Assembly (NCBI GenBank): GCA_049724395.1
Contig: JAUGWO010000133.1
Span: forward strand, 62,001 to 108,597
DNA: 46,597 nt
Source of the DNA: Spongospora subterranea f. sp. subterranea
Lineage: Eukaryota
Reading direction: 5' to 3'
Numbering within the stretch: position 1 is the stretch's first letter; the number at the start of each line of letters is the position of its first letter. The notes under the pieces were generated by a model. That model saw nothing but the letters and a program-made list of their open reading frames with translations, searched no databases and was not told where the DNA came from. Shown here in pieces: positions 13,712 through 24,674 of the stretch. Made by a program: the position numbers and the translations under genes.

Positions 13712-13785
13712 TGTCCCCGAGGGGATTCGAACCCCCGACTTCCGGCTCATAAGACCAGCACTCTAACCGACTGAGTTACGAGGAC
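13712..13785 (-). tRNA. tRNA-Ile(UAU), intronless
   Basis: GTCCTCGTAACTCAGTCGGTTAGAGTGCTGGTCTTATGAGCCGGAAGTCGGGGGTTCGAATCCCCTCGGGGACA folds to a cloverleaf; anticodon loop CTTATGA. Confidence 0.95.
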
Positions 13786-13897
13786 ATACACCTATAAAAC
13801 TTCATCCGCGTCTTTAATAAATGTGTTAAGCGGGAGTCGTTTTTCAGAGCTGCCAAGGCTCATCGTCGTCGCCAACGCTGTTGTGATCGTCGTAGTG

Positions 13898-14171
13898 AAC
13901 TGAAATGTATCCCGAATCTTTTTGAGACGACATAAATACCGGTGCTAAAGGCCGGGTGGGCAATTTCATGAAATCGAATCAGAAAGTTCATGTTTAATCG
14001 TTTGCTCAGCGAGACTTGACGCTCAATCCTGACACGTGCGTTGATCAAATCATTAACAAAGGACCAGAAGTTAGCTTGGTGTGTAGCATTCCTCATATGG
14101 AAAGGGTCGTGCTAGAGTGATGGATTGCGCCATTGAGTTGGTTTCAAAACGGTACCAAGATATTGCAACTA
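13898..14171 (+). repeat. Copy A of a ~275-bp dispersed direct repeat
   Basis: Colinear with 16495-16770, sharing blocks such as TTTAATCGTTTGCTCAGCGAGACTTGAC, GTGTAGCATTCCTCATATGG and TTTCAAAACGGTACCAAGATATTGCAACTA. Confidence 0.92.
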
Positions 14172-14946
14172 CATTTCATTCTGAATTGCTCATGCACATT
14201 CGATTTTGAAAAGTACCTGGCCTTATTCAGAAAAAAATCCTTTTTTAACTAGCCTTAAGAACTAACGTGGTACGTTTTGAAATATTTAGAGCCCCTGTTG
14301 TGTGTATCAGACCGCGAAGGACAGTTCACAAACTATTTTGTTCTGAATATTGTATGTCGACCACTTTTCACATTCAGAAGCACATGAAGCAATGTATTCT
14401 TAAGAATTTTTAAGGCATGTGCATGATTATCGTCAAAAAAGACGAGACCCAAGAAGAAATTATTCTTATCGGGGATGTGATCCCCGATAAGATTCATTCG
14501 TTAATCATCCTCTTCATCAAGGTTTACCTTTCAGCCTCTCGATAAAATTAATATTACATGATGACTGATAAAGACTTGTTCATGAAACTTTTTCCGATGT
14601 TTTTTCTTTGAAATTCGTAGGGGCTCGTCGGACCAAGTTGTTCACCGCATCGAGAATGTGAAAGGGATCATAATGAAAACAAATAGGAGTGACATCAGGC
14701 CAATGATTACACCGTTCTTGAATCACTTTGCTCGCATTTACCTTCGTCATCATCAGCTTCGAGAAAATAATTTGCCCCAAAACAGGGATATCTTACCGCT
14801 TTCATCTCGTCAAGATTAGTTATTGCATTCGAAAATCCCGTATTTACCATCGCCGATGTCAATCGCTGCAAAACGTCAATGATCCAAGCATTGATTTTTT
14901 GACGAATGTAAAACGGGACGTTCAATGTTCTCTACAGGGAGGTTTA

Positions 14947-15223
14947 GCAAGGTGTAATCCTCTGACCTACGCCCAACAGAACAGGTGGATGCGAGAACTA
15001 CCGTTGTTAATTGTTAACTCAATTCCTGGCAGAGATGGCTCAACAAGTAGTGAGGAAAACGATGGCGATCTTGATAGGCCTCAACAAGTTGTTGATAATC
15101 ACTACTTGATGAGCCGTCTCTTCCTGTAATCGCTGAACAACTGACTTTAGACAGCAGAGTTACCAACGGTGGTTCTAGAATCCACCTGTTCTGTTGAGCA
15201 TCGTTTAGAAGATTACAGATTGC
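14947..15223. repeat. Imperfect inverted duplication (arms ~14947-15053 and ~15097-15223)
   Basis: CAACAGAACAGGTGGATGCGAGAACTACCGTTG is mirrored by the reverse complement of CAACGGTGGTTCTAGAATCCACCTGTTCTGTTG; both strands translate as AQQNRW...GRDGSxSS. Confidence 0.8.
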
Positions 15224-16010
15224 GGGTTTCTCCAAAAAAAAGGGCTCAATACCCTAAAATGAAGTTGAGACGGTCGTCGGCAATGCAGCTCTGGCTCCTC
15301 AATGGATCGGAAATTGTCAGCAGAGCGCCCACCGGACCTTGTGAGTTGGACTCGGTTGTTGCCATAACTTGCACTTGAAGAGTTGCATAACTGGCAAATA
15401 TGATTGTGCTGGATTCTGCCCAGATCCGTTGAGCTGGTTTGGAGCAATCTTAAACTGCGAGACGCTCGACTATTTGCTTCATCTGTTTTAACACCGAAAA
15501 TCATGATAAGCCGTTTAAAGGTATACATATGCCACGCTCACTGTTTCCTCCCTTCCGTCGAAAACCCATTAACGGCCACAGATTCAACCTGACTCTGGCA
15601 CGTATGAGGGATCAACTCGTCGGCAATTCCGGCAGCGGAAGTTTCTGCAGTGCCCCGATAAGAAGTCGGTCGCAATGGGCATGCTCTATTGTGTAAACAG
15701 CGATAATGACCGCTTTATCATTACGAAAACGATGGAAAATCAGATTTCTTTGCGTTGAAACGAAGTCGTTGCTGTTCGGGTCATTGATTCATTGGCAACA
15801 AATATGATTACCGAAGGTCCTGACTGATCAGTGATATCCATGGATAACTGTGAGCCAGTCCGGGTTCAAAAAGGTTCAGAATTGTTCTGTTGCTTCGGTA
15901 TGCAGTATCACTCTGAAAGATCAACAGTAAAAAGCTACTTAACAGCGATTCGACAACCGATTGTGAGAGGTGGTGGCATTGGTCGTGGATTGCTTAAACA
16001 AACAAAATGA

Positions 16011-16083
16011 TGCCAACATCGCGGATCGAACGCGAGACCTTACGATCTTCAGTCGTACGCTCTCCCAACTGAGCTATGGCGGC
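16011..16083 (-). tRNA. tRNA-Phe(GAA), copy 1
   Basis: GCCGCCATAGCTCAGTTGGGAGAGCGTACGACTGAAGATCGTAAGGTCTCGCGTTCGATCCGCGATGTTGGCA; cloverleaf, A/B boxes, downstream T-run. Confidence 0.95.
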
Positions 16084-16309
16084 CTTTTTGCGACTACACG
16101 CTTCTAGTCACAGTAAAACTGATTCGCCACTCCTCTTCCACCCTAACATCGTGTACCTGTTGGTGAGATCAAAGCTATGGGGAGCAGAAGAAGAGCCTCC
16201 AACAAAACGAACAGGACACCGAGACTAACAACTCGCCAAACCAACAACGACAACAAAACTCGGAACACCTCCTACCGCAGGAAGTCGACCTGTCGAAACA
16301 CGCCAACGG

Positions 16310-16425
16310 CCTTACAATCAGAGTTCACAGAAACAAATTGGGAAGAGTTCAAACGAAAGACCGAGATACAATATTGGGTTATCGGATAGAAACATACCTG
16401 ACGTACACACCCAATCAGCTCAATC
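16310..16425 (+). mobile_element. Copia gag N-terminal relic upstream of tRNA-Phe copy 1
   Basis: QSEFTETNWEEFKRKTEIQ / GYRIETYLTYTP aligns by eye with IPEFDGKNWEIFRRKLETQSIRMGIETFLEFLP of the gag at 23580. Confidence 0.7.
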
Positions 16426-16494
16426 GTTCGAGAAAAGGAACGACCAATTGGCATGTCGTTTTGGCGTCTCGTCGCAGTGCAGCGGATTCATGGA

Positions 16495-16770
16495 AACTGA
16501 ATTTTATCCAGAACCTTGTGAGACGACATAAGAACCGGTGTTGAAGGCCGGTTGGGCAATTTTACGACGTCGAAAATCAAGAAGTTCCTGTTTAATCGTT
16601 TGCTCAGCGAGACTTGACTCTCAATCCTGTGACACATGCGTTGATCAAATCATCAACAAAAAACCAGAAGTTAGCTTGGCGTGTAGCATTCCTCATATGG
16701 AGAGGATCGCGCTAGATTGATAGATTGCGCCATGAGTAGGTTTCAAAACGGTACCAAGATATTGCAACTA
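16495..16770 (+). repeat. Copy B of the ~275-bp direct repeat, ending 72 bp before the 7TM-RGS start
   Basis: Colinear with 13898-14171. Confidence 0.92.
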
Positions 16771-16842
16771 AATAATCGAGATTCCATAGGGGGGATTGAT
16801 CCGCTATAGCATGAAAAAGTGACCTTGCCCAGCAGTAGCGCC

Positions 16843-18635
16843 ATGAACACTGTAGACGCCAAGGTCACATTATTAACTTTATGGTGGTGTTGGGGCGCCG
16901 TTCAGCTCATCTACCATATTACTGTGTTTTTCCTGTTTTACCAGCGGCGCCATTTGTCTCCAATTAGATTTTTGAATCCAAACTATATGCTGATTGCCAT
17001 AATGTTTGCGTCCTTGTTCTCTCTGTCGATTACCGCCAACTATGTCATTCCAAATGTTCAGGCGTTTTATGCTGTCGTCGTTCCCCAGGCATGTATGTCG
17101 GCAAGCTGCGATATGTTCCTCATTATTGGCATTAGCCTTTTCCTAGCTTTTAACCGTACTCGGGGGCAACTGAAGTTCGCTCGGGAGTGCAATGAACCAG
17201 CGGAGCAAAATCGGCTGATGTTTTCTATCAAGTTGTCCAAGATTTTACTCAACTGGAGGGCCCAATTAGCCTACGTCATCATGAGCACGCTCTGCCAGAT
17301 CGCATTTCAGTTGAACTACGCGTTGGGTCATAAAGATGTGCTATTTAGACCCGTTGCCGAATTAGAAATCGGCAACGCCAACGTGGCAGAGGTTGAGGGA
17401 ATAGCTGGCAAAAAAACGGTCATCTCCTTTGCAATTTTTCTCTTATTGGCTTTACGATTGCGGATTGTTGTCGATGTTCACGGGATCAAACGCGCCTTGA
17501 GAAGAACGGTCATGGTGGGAGCATTCGATTTCATTATGTATTTCCTGGGCAGCGTGATAATGAGTCAAGTCAACTCTGAAGAGCAGAAATCCATTATGAG
17601 TATGATCACATTCCTTATGCATACAGTTGTGGGGAATCTCATAATTACATCGTAAGCGCGGACAATGACATTGTTGAGGATCGAGTGATTTCTACTTCGC
17701 CGAATCCCAGGTCGTTTACATGAAAAACGCATTTGAATCCAATCAATCTACTGTTCGACGGTTTATTTTACCGCTTTCTTCATCTGAAGACGTTGCTGAT
17801 CGTTGTTGGCTTGTTGGGAATTTAGGAACATCACGGTTCCGTTATGGCAATCCTATAGGACACAAGCGGCCAATTCAGCGCTTTCACCCAGGGGATCACA
17901 AATGGGCGTCCTTGAAGCGTTTCTGAAGACGCAAACAGGCTTCGAATCATTCAAGTATACAACTTTTCAACGACTCATTTTTTGTCCCTACTGTCAAATT
18001 AACAATCAGTTTCCCCTATTGCCATGCAATTTACGCCGTCATTTCAGACTACGTTTATTTGTACTAGTTTGCTGTTGTATTGCGGCCAAATCAACCATGA
18101 CAAATGAAGGTTTAACCTGTGCATGTATGATACATCAACGTATTGGTAAATTAATATCATGTCAATGTCTCACAGAACTATGCTGGAACGCGAATTCGCC
18201 GTCGAGAACATTCTGTTCTGGGACGAATGCGAGAAGTTTCGAATGGATTCCTCTGTTTTATTCATGGAAAGAGATAACCGAGAAGTCAAGGACTCGATGT
18301 CGGGTGCCGATCTATTCCTAGCGGGTCGCGCTAAAACAATATTCGACAGATATTTGGCCACAAATTCTTTATTAGAAGTGAACCTACCAAGTGAAACCTT
18401 GGAATCATATCGATCTTTATTTGAGGAAGATTATGAGAGCTCACCGCGGATCAACAAGGATCTGTTCGTAGAAGCCAGCAAAATGATCTTGGCGCTGATG
18501 GAGGCCAATTTCTTATCTAGATTCTGTGATATGGAGACCGTCGTCTGGAACAAGTTTGTGGAGGAACGGCGGGAAAACGTCGTCTTAGAACTCTATTTAA
18601 ACAAGTCTGACAAAATCCCATCTCAAGATAAATAA
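16843..18635 (+). CDS. 7TM-RGS protein (multi-TM domain fused to a C-terminal regulator of G-protein signalling domain), 3 exons
   Basis: Exons 16843-17651, 17826-17954 and 18176-18635 join in frame at GT-AG introns. About seven hydrophobic segments precede RGS motifs LEAFLKTQTGFESFK, LEREFAVENILFWDECEKF, AKTIFDRYL..SLLEVNL and LFVEASKMILALMEANFLSRF. Confidence 0.9.
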
Positions 18636-19919
18636 AATATTTATACACTGACTCATTGGTCCAGTGTTAAAGAAAGAACAAACAACGACCGTCCAAAGAT
18701 TATGGAAGGACAGCGATCGGTCGATGATGCGTTGTTTCAGGGCCTGAAACCGCATTTCAATCATCACATTATCGCTATTTTTCATTTTTTTGGCACTGTC
18801 GAACCGAAATATGTTTCAACTCATCATATTTTTTCCCACAATGCTGCGAACGTTTGTAAAATGTGTTGACGAGGTTTAACGAGTTTCGCGGGATGAAGTC
18901 TCTCAGTTTACATTCTTCGCGCTTTGAAATCAAATTTCTGTTTCAATTGCACCAGACAACAAGCTGTGGACTCGAAAGAAAGAATGAGGGCAGACAGACC
19001 TCTTTCCGGCAGATCTGCGTTGGATGGCCAACCGACAAACTGACATCTGGTAAATACTGCATGGACATAAACCGTCATCAACACAAGACCTGGAATCTTT
19101 TCTAAAACAACTTCAACCCCTGACTGAAATTACCACAATGTCAAATTTACAGCAAATCAAGGTCGGCCCTTATTGAACGCAATCAATCAATCAATATTCC
19201 AAAGGAAATCATCGAGGCAATTGATTACAACGAAAGGCAAATCGCTAAAATAATGCGATGTCCCGCAGTGGCATCTGAGCGCGATCGGCAACTCAATTAC
19301 AAAGATTGCATCATCTTAAATTTTGGGGAATTCAATTTTTATTTGGAGTTTTGGTTCTCGAGAAAAAATCAAAAGGACTATTGAAATTGAAATACTCTCA
19401 AAAAGTTACGTCAACAAATTGGAGGGATATTTCAAAGGCCCCAGCAACTGCATAATCCTTACTGGTGAAAGTTTCGCCTGATGGTCCCAAAATGTCACCG
19501 TCACCATGGCTCCCGCCTCCAGTTCCGGCGTCGAGTAGTGCTCCCATCCTGGACTTTGGGCTTTGATTCGTAATCGAATTTTCTCTGTACGTGTTAAGTT
19601 TGTTGTTTACTTGCGCTGGTAAGTCGGAAAATCGAATCAAATATACAGGATTCGCCGAGGGAAGAGAGGGAACGACGAATGAGGGAAAGTGCAATAGACA
19701 GCGAAGTCGATGGTGAATTAAGATAACATGTGAAGATATCCCCAGCGACCTGCGATTCATCGGGGTTTCCACAAAAAATCCCGAAATTGTCCAATGTCCG
19801 ATTAATCGTACACCTGAAATCAACGTTTTTTCGTTTTTGTGAGTTTTCATAGTGCTGTCACAATAGAGTTTGAGGGTAGTGGTGGTACCGATGGGTCTTC
19901 TCTGGTTCATTTCGCAATC

Positions 19920-20890
19920 ATGACTCCAAACAACGGAGCTGTGCAAGCAACGGTGGTTTGCGTTGCCCCGCAACCTTCTAGAGAGGAGGATCGCGCCAGA
20001 GGATCCACTGGACGAGGCAGACTACCTATCGCCAAATCAGAAACCGAAATCGAGGCTCGTCAGGATGACGAATTCAGGATGAATCCGAATTTCCTCAAAT
20101 TGCAGGACGATTTTGTGGGCAAGACCTTGACGTTGAGGAGCAGACTTTACTGTTCCGCGGTCGTTGAAAGGCTTGATCATGCCTTATTAGCAAAACGTGC
20201 CGAAGCAACTCGCACCGGAATCTTTACCATGTTCGCTATTTTCACGGTAGATTTGGTTGTCTGCTGGGTCAACGAACATATTTGTTTACCCTTCCATCTC
20301 AATCTCTGGATTCTAAGCCAGAAATATATAAGTTCTTGGCGGTCGTGCTATTCTCAAATTGCAACAATTGGGACATTGCCACGTCGCTGGATGTACTTTG
20401 CAGAATCCTTGAAAACAATAAGTGAAAGTCAAATATTTCCGGAAAGATGTCGAGTGATATCGAACAATGTCAGGGCTGACTCTGTGGTGAACCGTGCAAG
20501 CTCAGGCAATTCCAGTTGGAACGGCGCTCGAGACGAAACCGTCCATGTCGAAGAACTCGAGAAATCATTGTTCCGGTCTTCGAATGAAATGTTTCCCGCA
20601 ACCAGGTTCCAAACAGTAACTTTGGATGATGACCTTCTCGGGACAAGGGCATCTGATAACCAGGTCAACATGCTTAGTAGCGCAAAGCTGACAAAAAGGG
20701 CCATTCAGCTGACGAGCTAGCGGACCCTCTATTCTGGACGGCGTTGAAATTTGAGATTTCGGCGACGAGGAGTCACACAGGACAGTACTGTAATGTTCAA
20801 GAGCTGCACAAAAACATTTCCTAAAAACAATTGTTCTTTAAATTTAAGAAGACTTCGGTTAGCCGGTGATCGAGGTTATGCCAACCATTT
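19920..20890 (+). mobile_element. Degenerate piggyBac-like DDD transposase relic
   Basis: VTLDDDLLGTRASDNQVNMLS, then (frameshift) KADKKGHS, later LRFRRRG and LAGDRGY; the layout echoes piggyBac D1 (DE..F.GR..KPxKxG) and D2 regions. Frameshifts and stops present. Confidence 0.45.
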
Positions 20891-20999
20891 TTACCTCCAA
20901 AGGATCAGAAAAGTCGTCGCTCTGAAAGACAAAGGTATGATAAATAGCACCACAACAGAAACCCAACAGTCTCGACGATTTTCATTAGCCAAAAACATG

Positions 21000-21072
21000 T
21001 GCCAACATCGCGGATCGAACGCGAGACCTTACGATCTTCAGTCGTACGCTCTCCCAACTGAGCTATGGCGGC
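21000..21072 (-). tRNA. tRNA-Phe(GAA), copy 2
   Basis: Identical to copy 1; T5 terminator downstream on the minus strand. Confidence 0.95.
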
Positions 21073-21160
21073 CTCTCTTTTAAGTTAATTAGCCAACTCT
21101 TCTATTATCATTCTAATACCGAGTACTGTACTACATATCTCCATCAGGTTTCAAACTCAA

Positions 21161-21790
21161 ATACCGCAATTCCCCGGATCGAACTGGGATGAGTTTGAAA
21201 GGAAACTCAAAGATCAATTCACCATCATGGGAAATTGAGTCCTACTTAACGGACCTACCAAACCCCACATCGCGACATGAACTGAGAAATGACAAACCAG
21301 ATATGTATGCGACTCCCACAACCTCAGTACAGACAAGTATGACAATGTGAATCAACATGCGCTATCTGGAGCCGTCTAGGTCTCTAACACGACCCGGCGC
21401 GTACAATATCAGTAGTATCGGAGAACTGGCACTTTGCACGAAAGCACTAAATGGACTACTGGAATCTTACCAACAGATCAAGGCAGCAGCCAGGGCATCG
21501 AAAGTCAACACGATCCTCAACCTCACGAATCCCTTGATGTCAGCCGAAAGAGATGCCAAGTTGAAAACGACCATCATGACTCCGAGTTTCGTCAACGCGA
21601 ACTCAGAAAATGAGATACCGGAATCCACAAAACCAAGAAGACAGGGCAAATACTGTTTAAAGTGCAAAAATGGAAAACCAATCCAACAAAGAATGTGGCA
21701 TACTTCACCCGGAACAGAACCGGAAAACAAATACGATGGCGAACAGAACATCTTGATCTGTTGGTAAGATTCCGGTAGTCGAAGGCAAGG
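21161..21790 (+). mobile_element. Copia gag(-protease) relic upstream of tRNA-Phe copy 2
   Basis: IPQFPGSNWDEFERKLKDQFTIMG/IESYL..ELRNDK and IGELALCTKALNGLLESYQQIKAAARASKVNTILNLTNPLMSAER match the 23580 gag; a degenerate CxxC knuckle and a W*DSGS protease-like motif follow. Confidence 0.85.
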
Positions 21791-21869
21791 CCACCCTGAA
21801 TCACATAATCAGATAAAGGCAGCCTTCAACGAAATTTGAGCGGTTAAACTCGATCGCGTTAGTAGGGTA

Positions 21870-22190
21870 ATTCTTGACTCTTTCCGTTGAGTGGGAAACC
21901 TCTGCAGACGTCGTCTCGTGTGTTGCTCGAATGGACGCTTTAGCATATCCACAACTTTCGGGGTACTGCCGCCCATCTGAGGCTTTGCACATTGTGCAGT
22001 TTCTTTGATTTCGGTGTCAGTTATCGCATACAGTCGTATTCGTTGATTAGGTTATCCAGATACATATTTGATTGACTGCGTTCCCTGTTTCTCAGATCTG
22101 ACGACTTGGAATACTCAGGGTGGATTAGCCGTGCCTTGACTTTTAATGTAGTTTTTGTAGGCTATTTTATATTCGTAGATGGTTTTGCAT
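21870..22190 (-). mobile_element. Second, inverted copia gag relic
   Basis: Minus-strand YLDNLINEYD, IKETAQCAK and PESCGYAKASIRA correspond to YLDRLIETYH, MGEIALCTK and SQVYEQAKAAAR of the 23580 gag. Confidence 0.55.
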
Positions 22191-23134
22191 GACTCAATTC
22201 GCTTCGATTGGAAATGACGAGAACTGAGAAAAATTGTGATTCTGCGAGTGGCCATAGCTGCTGTCACAGCTGCGATCTGAATCGAGTTCGGTTCGGTTCG
22301 CCATGGCCTCCAGGATTCTTCAGAAGTGACGAGAGACAGAACGGGTATTGCGTCTATTGACGATGCAATTCATGATAGGATAGACTGTGCTCACCAAAGT
22401 TGCCATGGACATAAGATATCCTGGCAGTTTGGGTCAGAGAATGCTGGGATATCGCAACCGACTCATCAGTGAGATTGAACAACAACTTTCCAGCGATTCG
22501 GCAGAAAGTTTTGCGGAACTGTCAACAAAAGTCTGTCCGCTCAGCCGGAAGAGAAGATTCTCAATGAGGCGTGTTTGCGTTATAAAGTCACTGAAAACAA
22601 GGAACTCAAATACGCGGATGCCTTCACGGTTTTGGAACCAAGACCAAGTTTAATGCTGTCCAGCCAGAACGAACCCACATCAACACATGTCCAGACGGAG
22701 CAAATGAGTGAGGGTTCTTTTGTACCTACATTGGGGCCAAAAGCGAGGGATAAACGTTCACTGGACAGCGTTGGGCTTTGTTTTGAAACCTTGAAGGAAA
22801 AGCCTCACTTGTTGTTGCATAATTTGTTGACACATTCGGAAGACTTGTTCACGCGTCGCTGTACAGTTGTCCAATGGCAGACTGGGATCTTCTGGCATTC
22901 TCTATGACGCAAACTGTAGGGGCACCCTTTCGCCAAAACGTCTCGGCATGTTGATCAGCGCCGTTAATCGCTTTCAAGAAACAGCTAGCCAGCAAGATGC
23001 CACACTTGGAAGGTATGGATGGTTTCCACAGCTGCCGGTGTGACACGACGAAACCTCTTTGACAACAGTAAAGAGACCGGTGGAGCTATAGGAAACATAC
23101 GGAGCGTTTTGAGAGGATCAAAAGGCAAAAACAT

Positions 23135-23207
23135 TGCCAACATCGCGGATCGAACGCGAGACCTTACGATCTTCAGTCGTACGCTCTCCCAACTGAGCTA
23201 TGGCGGC
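23135..23207 (-). tRNA. tRNA-Phe(GAA), copy 3
   Basis: Identical to copies 1 and 2; T5 terminator downstream. Confidence 0.95.
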
Positions 23208-23218
23208 TATCATCGTTA

Positions 23219-23340
23219 TATCAGACTATGCGCTAACATATGAAGATTATCATTACTTAACAGAGAGAGTACACTCTAATGACTCACCGAAGGAACTTGA
23301 TAAAGTTTAGTTCGCTATCAACCTTCTTGCGCATCTGTAA
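23219..23340 (+). repeat. 5' LTR (122 bp)
   Basis: TATCAGA...GCATCTGTAA; matches 24569-24674 apart from a 16-bp indel and a few substitutions. Confidence 0.9.
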
Positions 23341-23358
23341 GATTAAGAGTCCCAGCTC
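23341..23358 (+). promoter_or_regulatory. Primer binding site complementary to the D-stem/anticodon arm of tRNA-Lys(CUU)
   Basis: GATTAAGAGTCCCAGCTC abuts the 5' LTR; its reverse complement is GAGC-TGGGA-CTCTTAA-TC (anticodon CTT in a 7-nt loop). Confidence 0.8.
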
Positions 23359-23579
23359 TCGAAGCTCAGGGTCAAGTGAACCATGTCCGACGATGAAAGG
23401 ACGGCAAGACGCGTCCGTCGGGCAGAAACCAACGACGCTCAACAAGAGCATGAACACACAGATCAACCAGCATTTGCCCAAGGAGAGCAAGGCCGAGTAA
23501 GATCTAGCGGAACAAGGGACACATAGAAAATGTTCATCTTCTGCAGACAGAAGTTGATCTTCAGCAGTACGCAACTGGT

Positions 23580-24160
23580 TTGAATCTAATTCCCGAATTT
23601 GATGGAAAAAATTGGGAAATTTTCAGAAGGAAACTGGAAACACAGTCTATCCGCATGGGCATCGAAACTTTCCTCGAATTTCTACCAGGCACATCAACGG
23701 CCGAGATAAGAAACGACCGAATCGCTTACGCAGAAGTTACTATGAGACATTCTCAACTTGCATACAAGCAAATTGCATCATGTCGCTATACCAAGGACGT
23801 ATGGGAAAAATTGTGTGAAATCTATGACGAGAAGAAAGATGCTCAAGCTTCTACAAAATTCGTAAAGTTCATCGAGGACAAGAAAAATTTCACCGAGACG
23901 GTGAAGATCTACCTAGACCGCTTGATTGAGACGTATCATGACCTCATCACGATAGGCATCAACATGGGCGAAATAGCCCTATGTACGAAGGCCCTGCACG
24001 GCCTCTCACAAGTTTATGAACAAGCCAAAGCGGCAGCTCGACCTTCAGAGGTCAAGACGATCGCGAAACTGACGAATCAATTGCTCGCGACAGAACGCGA
24101 AAAGATTGGCAACAAGCCAAAATCCAGCGACGACGCGCAGACACCGGAGCTTAAAGCATT
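23580..24160 (+). pseudogene. gag: Copia Gag (truncated)
   Basis: IPEFDGKNWEIFRRKLE, TKDVWEKLCEIY, ETVKIYLDRL and KALHGLSQVYE are retrotran_gag_2-type motifs. Confidence 0.85.
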
Positions 24161-24163
24161 ACA

Positions 24164-24586
24164 TTGGGTGAAAATCCGATTAAAAAATCCAAAAAGCAAG
24201 GATGCGTCGCATTATCGACGACGGAAGCTGAATATATAGCAGCATGTTCCGCAACTAAAGAAGTTATTTGGCTACAAGACCTTTTGATTGAGCTTAGGCT
24301 CCTGAAACAAGTGCCAAAAACAATGTTATATCAGGACAACCAAGGAGCGTTATTTATTGAAAAGAACGACTGCTCCAGTCAAAGATCGAAGCATAAAGAT
24401 ATCCAACACCATTACGTTCGAGACATGATTAAAGAACAAAGGATCGACGTAAAGTACGTCCCGACGAACAATATGGTTGCCGATATACTTACGAAGCCTT
24501 TAAATGAATTAATCTTCAAAAAGCTCAGGGTTTTCCTGACGAATGATGGTTCAGTTAGCCAGGGAGCGTATCAGATCATGCGCTAA
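24164..24586 (+). pseudogene. pol: Copia RNase H C-terminal part
   Basis: SKKQGCVALSTTEAEYIA, YQDNQGA, RSKHKDIQHHYVRD and VPTNNMVADILTKPL. Confidence 0.93.
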
Positions 24587-24674
24587 CATATGAACAGAGA
24601 GAGTACACTCTAATGACTCTCCCAAGGAACTTATCAAAGTTTAATTCGCTATCAACCTTCTTGCGCATCTGTAA
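24569..24674 (+). repeat. 3' LTR (106 bp)
   Basis: Follows the purine tract directly; matches the 5' LTR. Confidence 0.9.

Larger units (their letters stand above)
23219..24674 (+). mobile_element. Internally deleted (non-autonomous) Ty1/copia LTR retrotransposon
   Basis: Two LTRs, a PBS, a gag ORF, the RNase H C-terminus and a purine tract AGGGAGCG (24561-24568); protease, integrase and RT are deleted at ~24160. Confidence 0.92.

Noticed and set aside
22330..23090. Broken plus-strand ORFs between the gag relic and tRNA-Phe copy 3
   Set aside because: Probably a decayed gene, but no family could be recognised.
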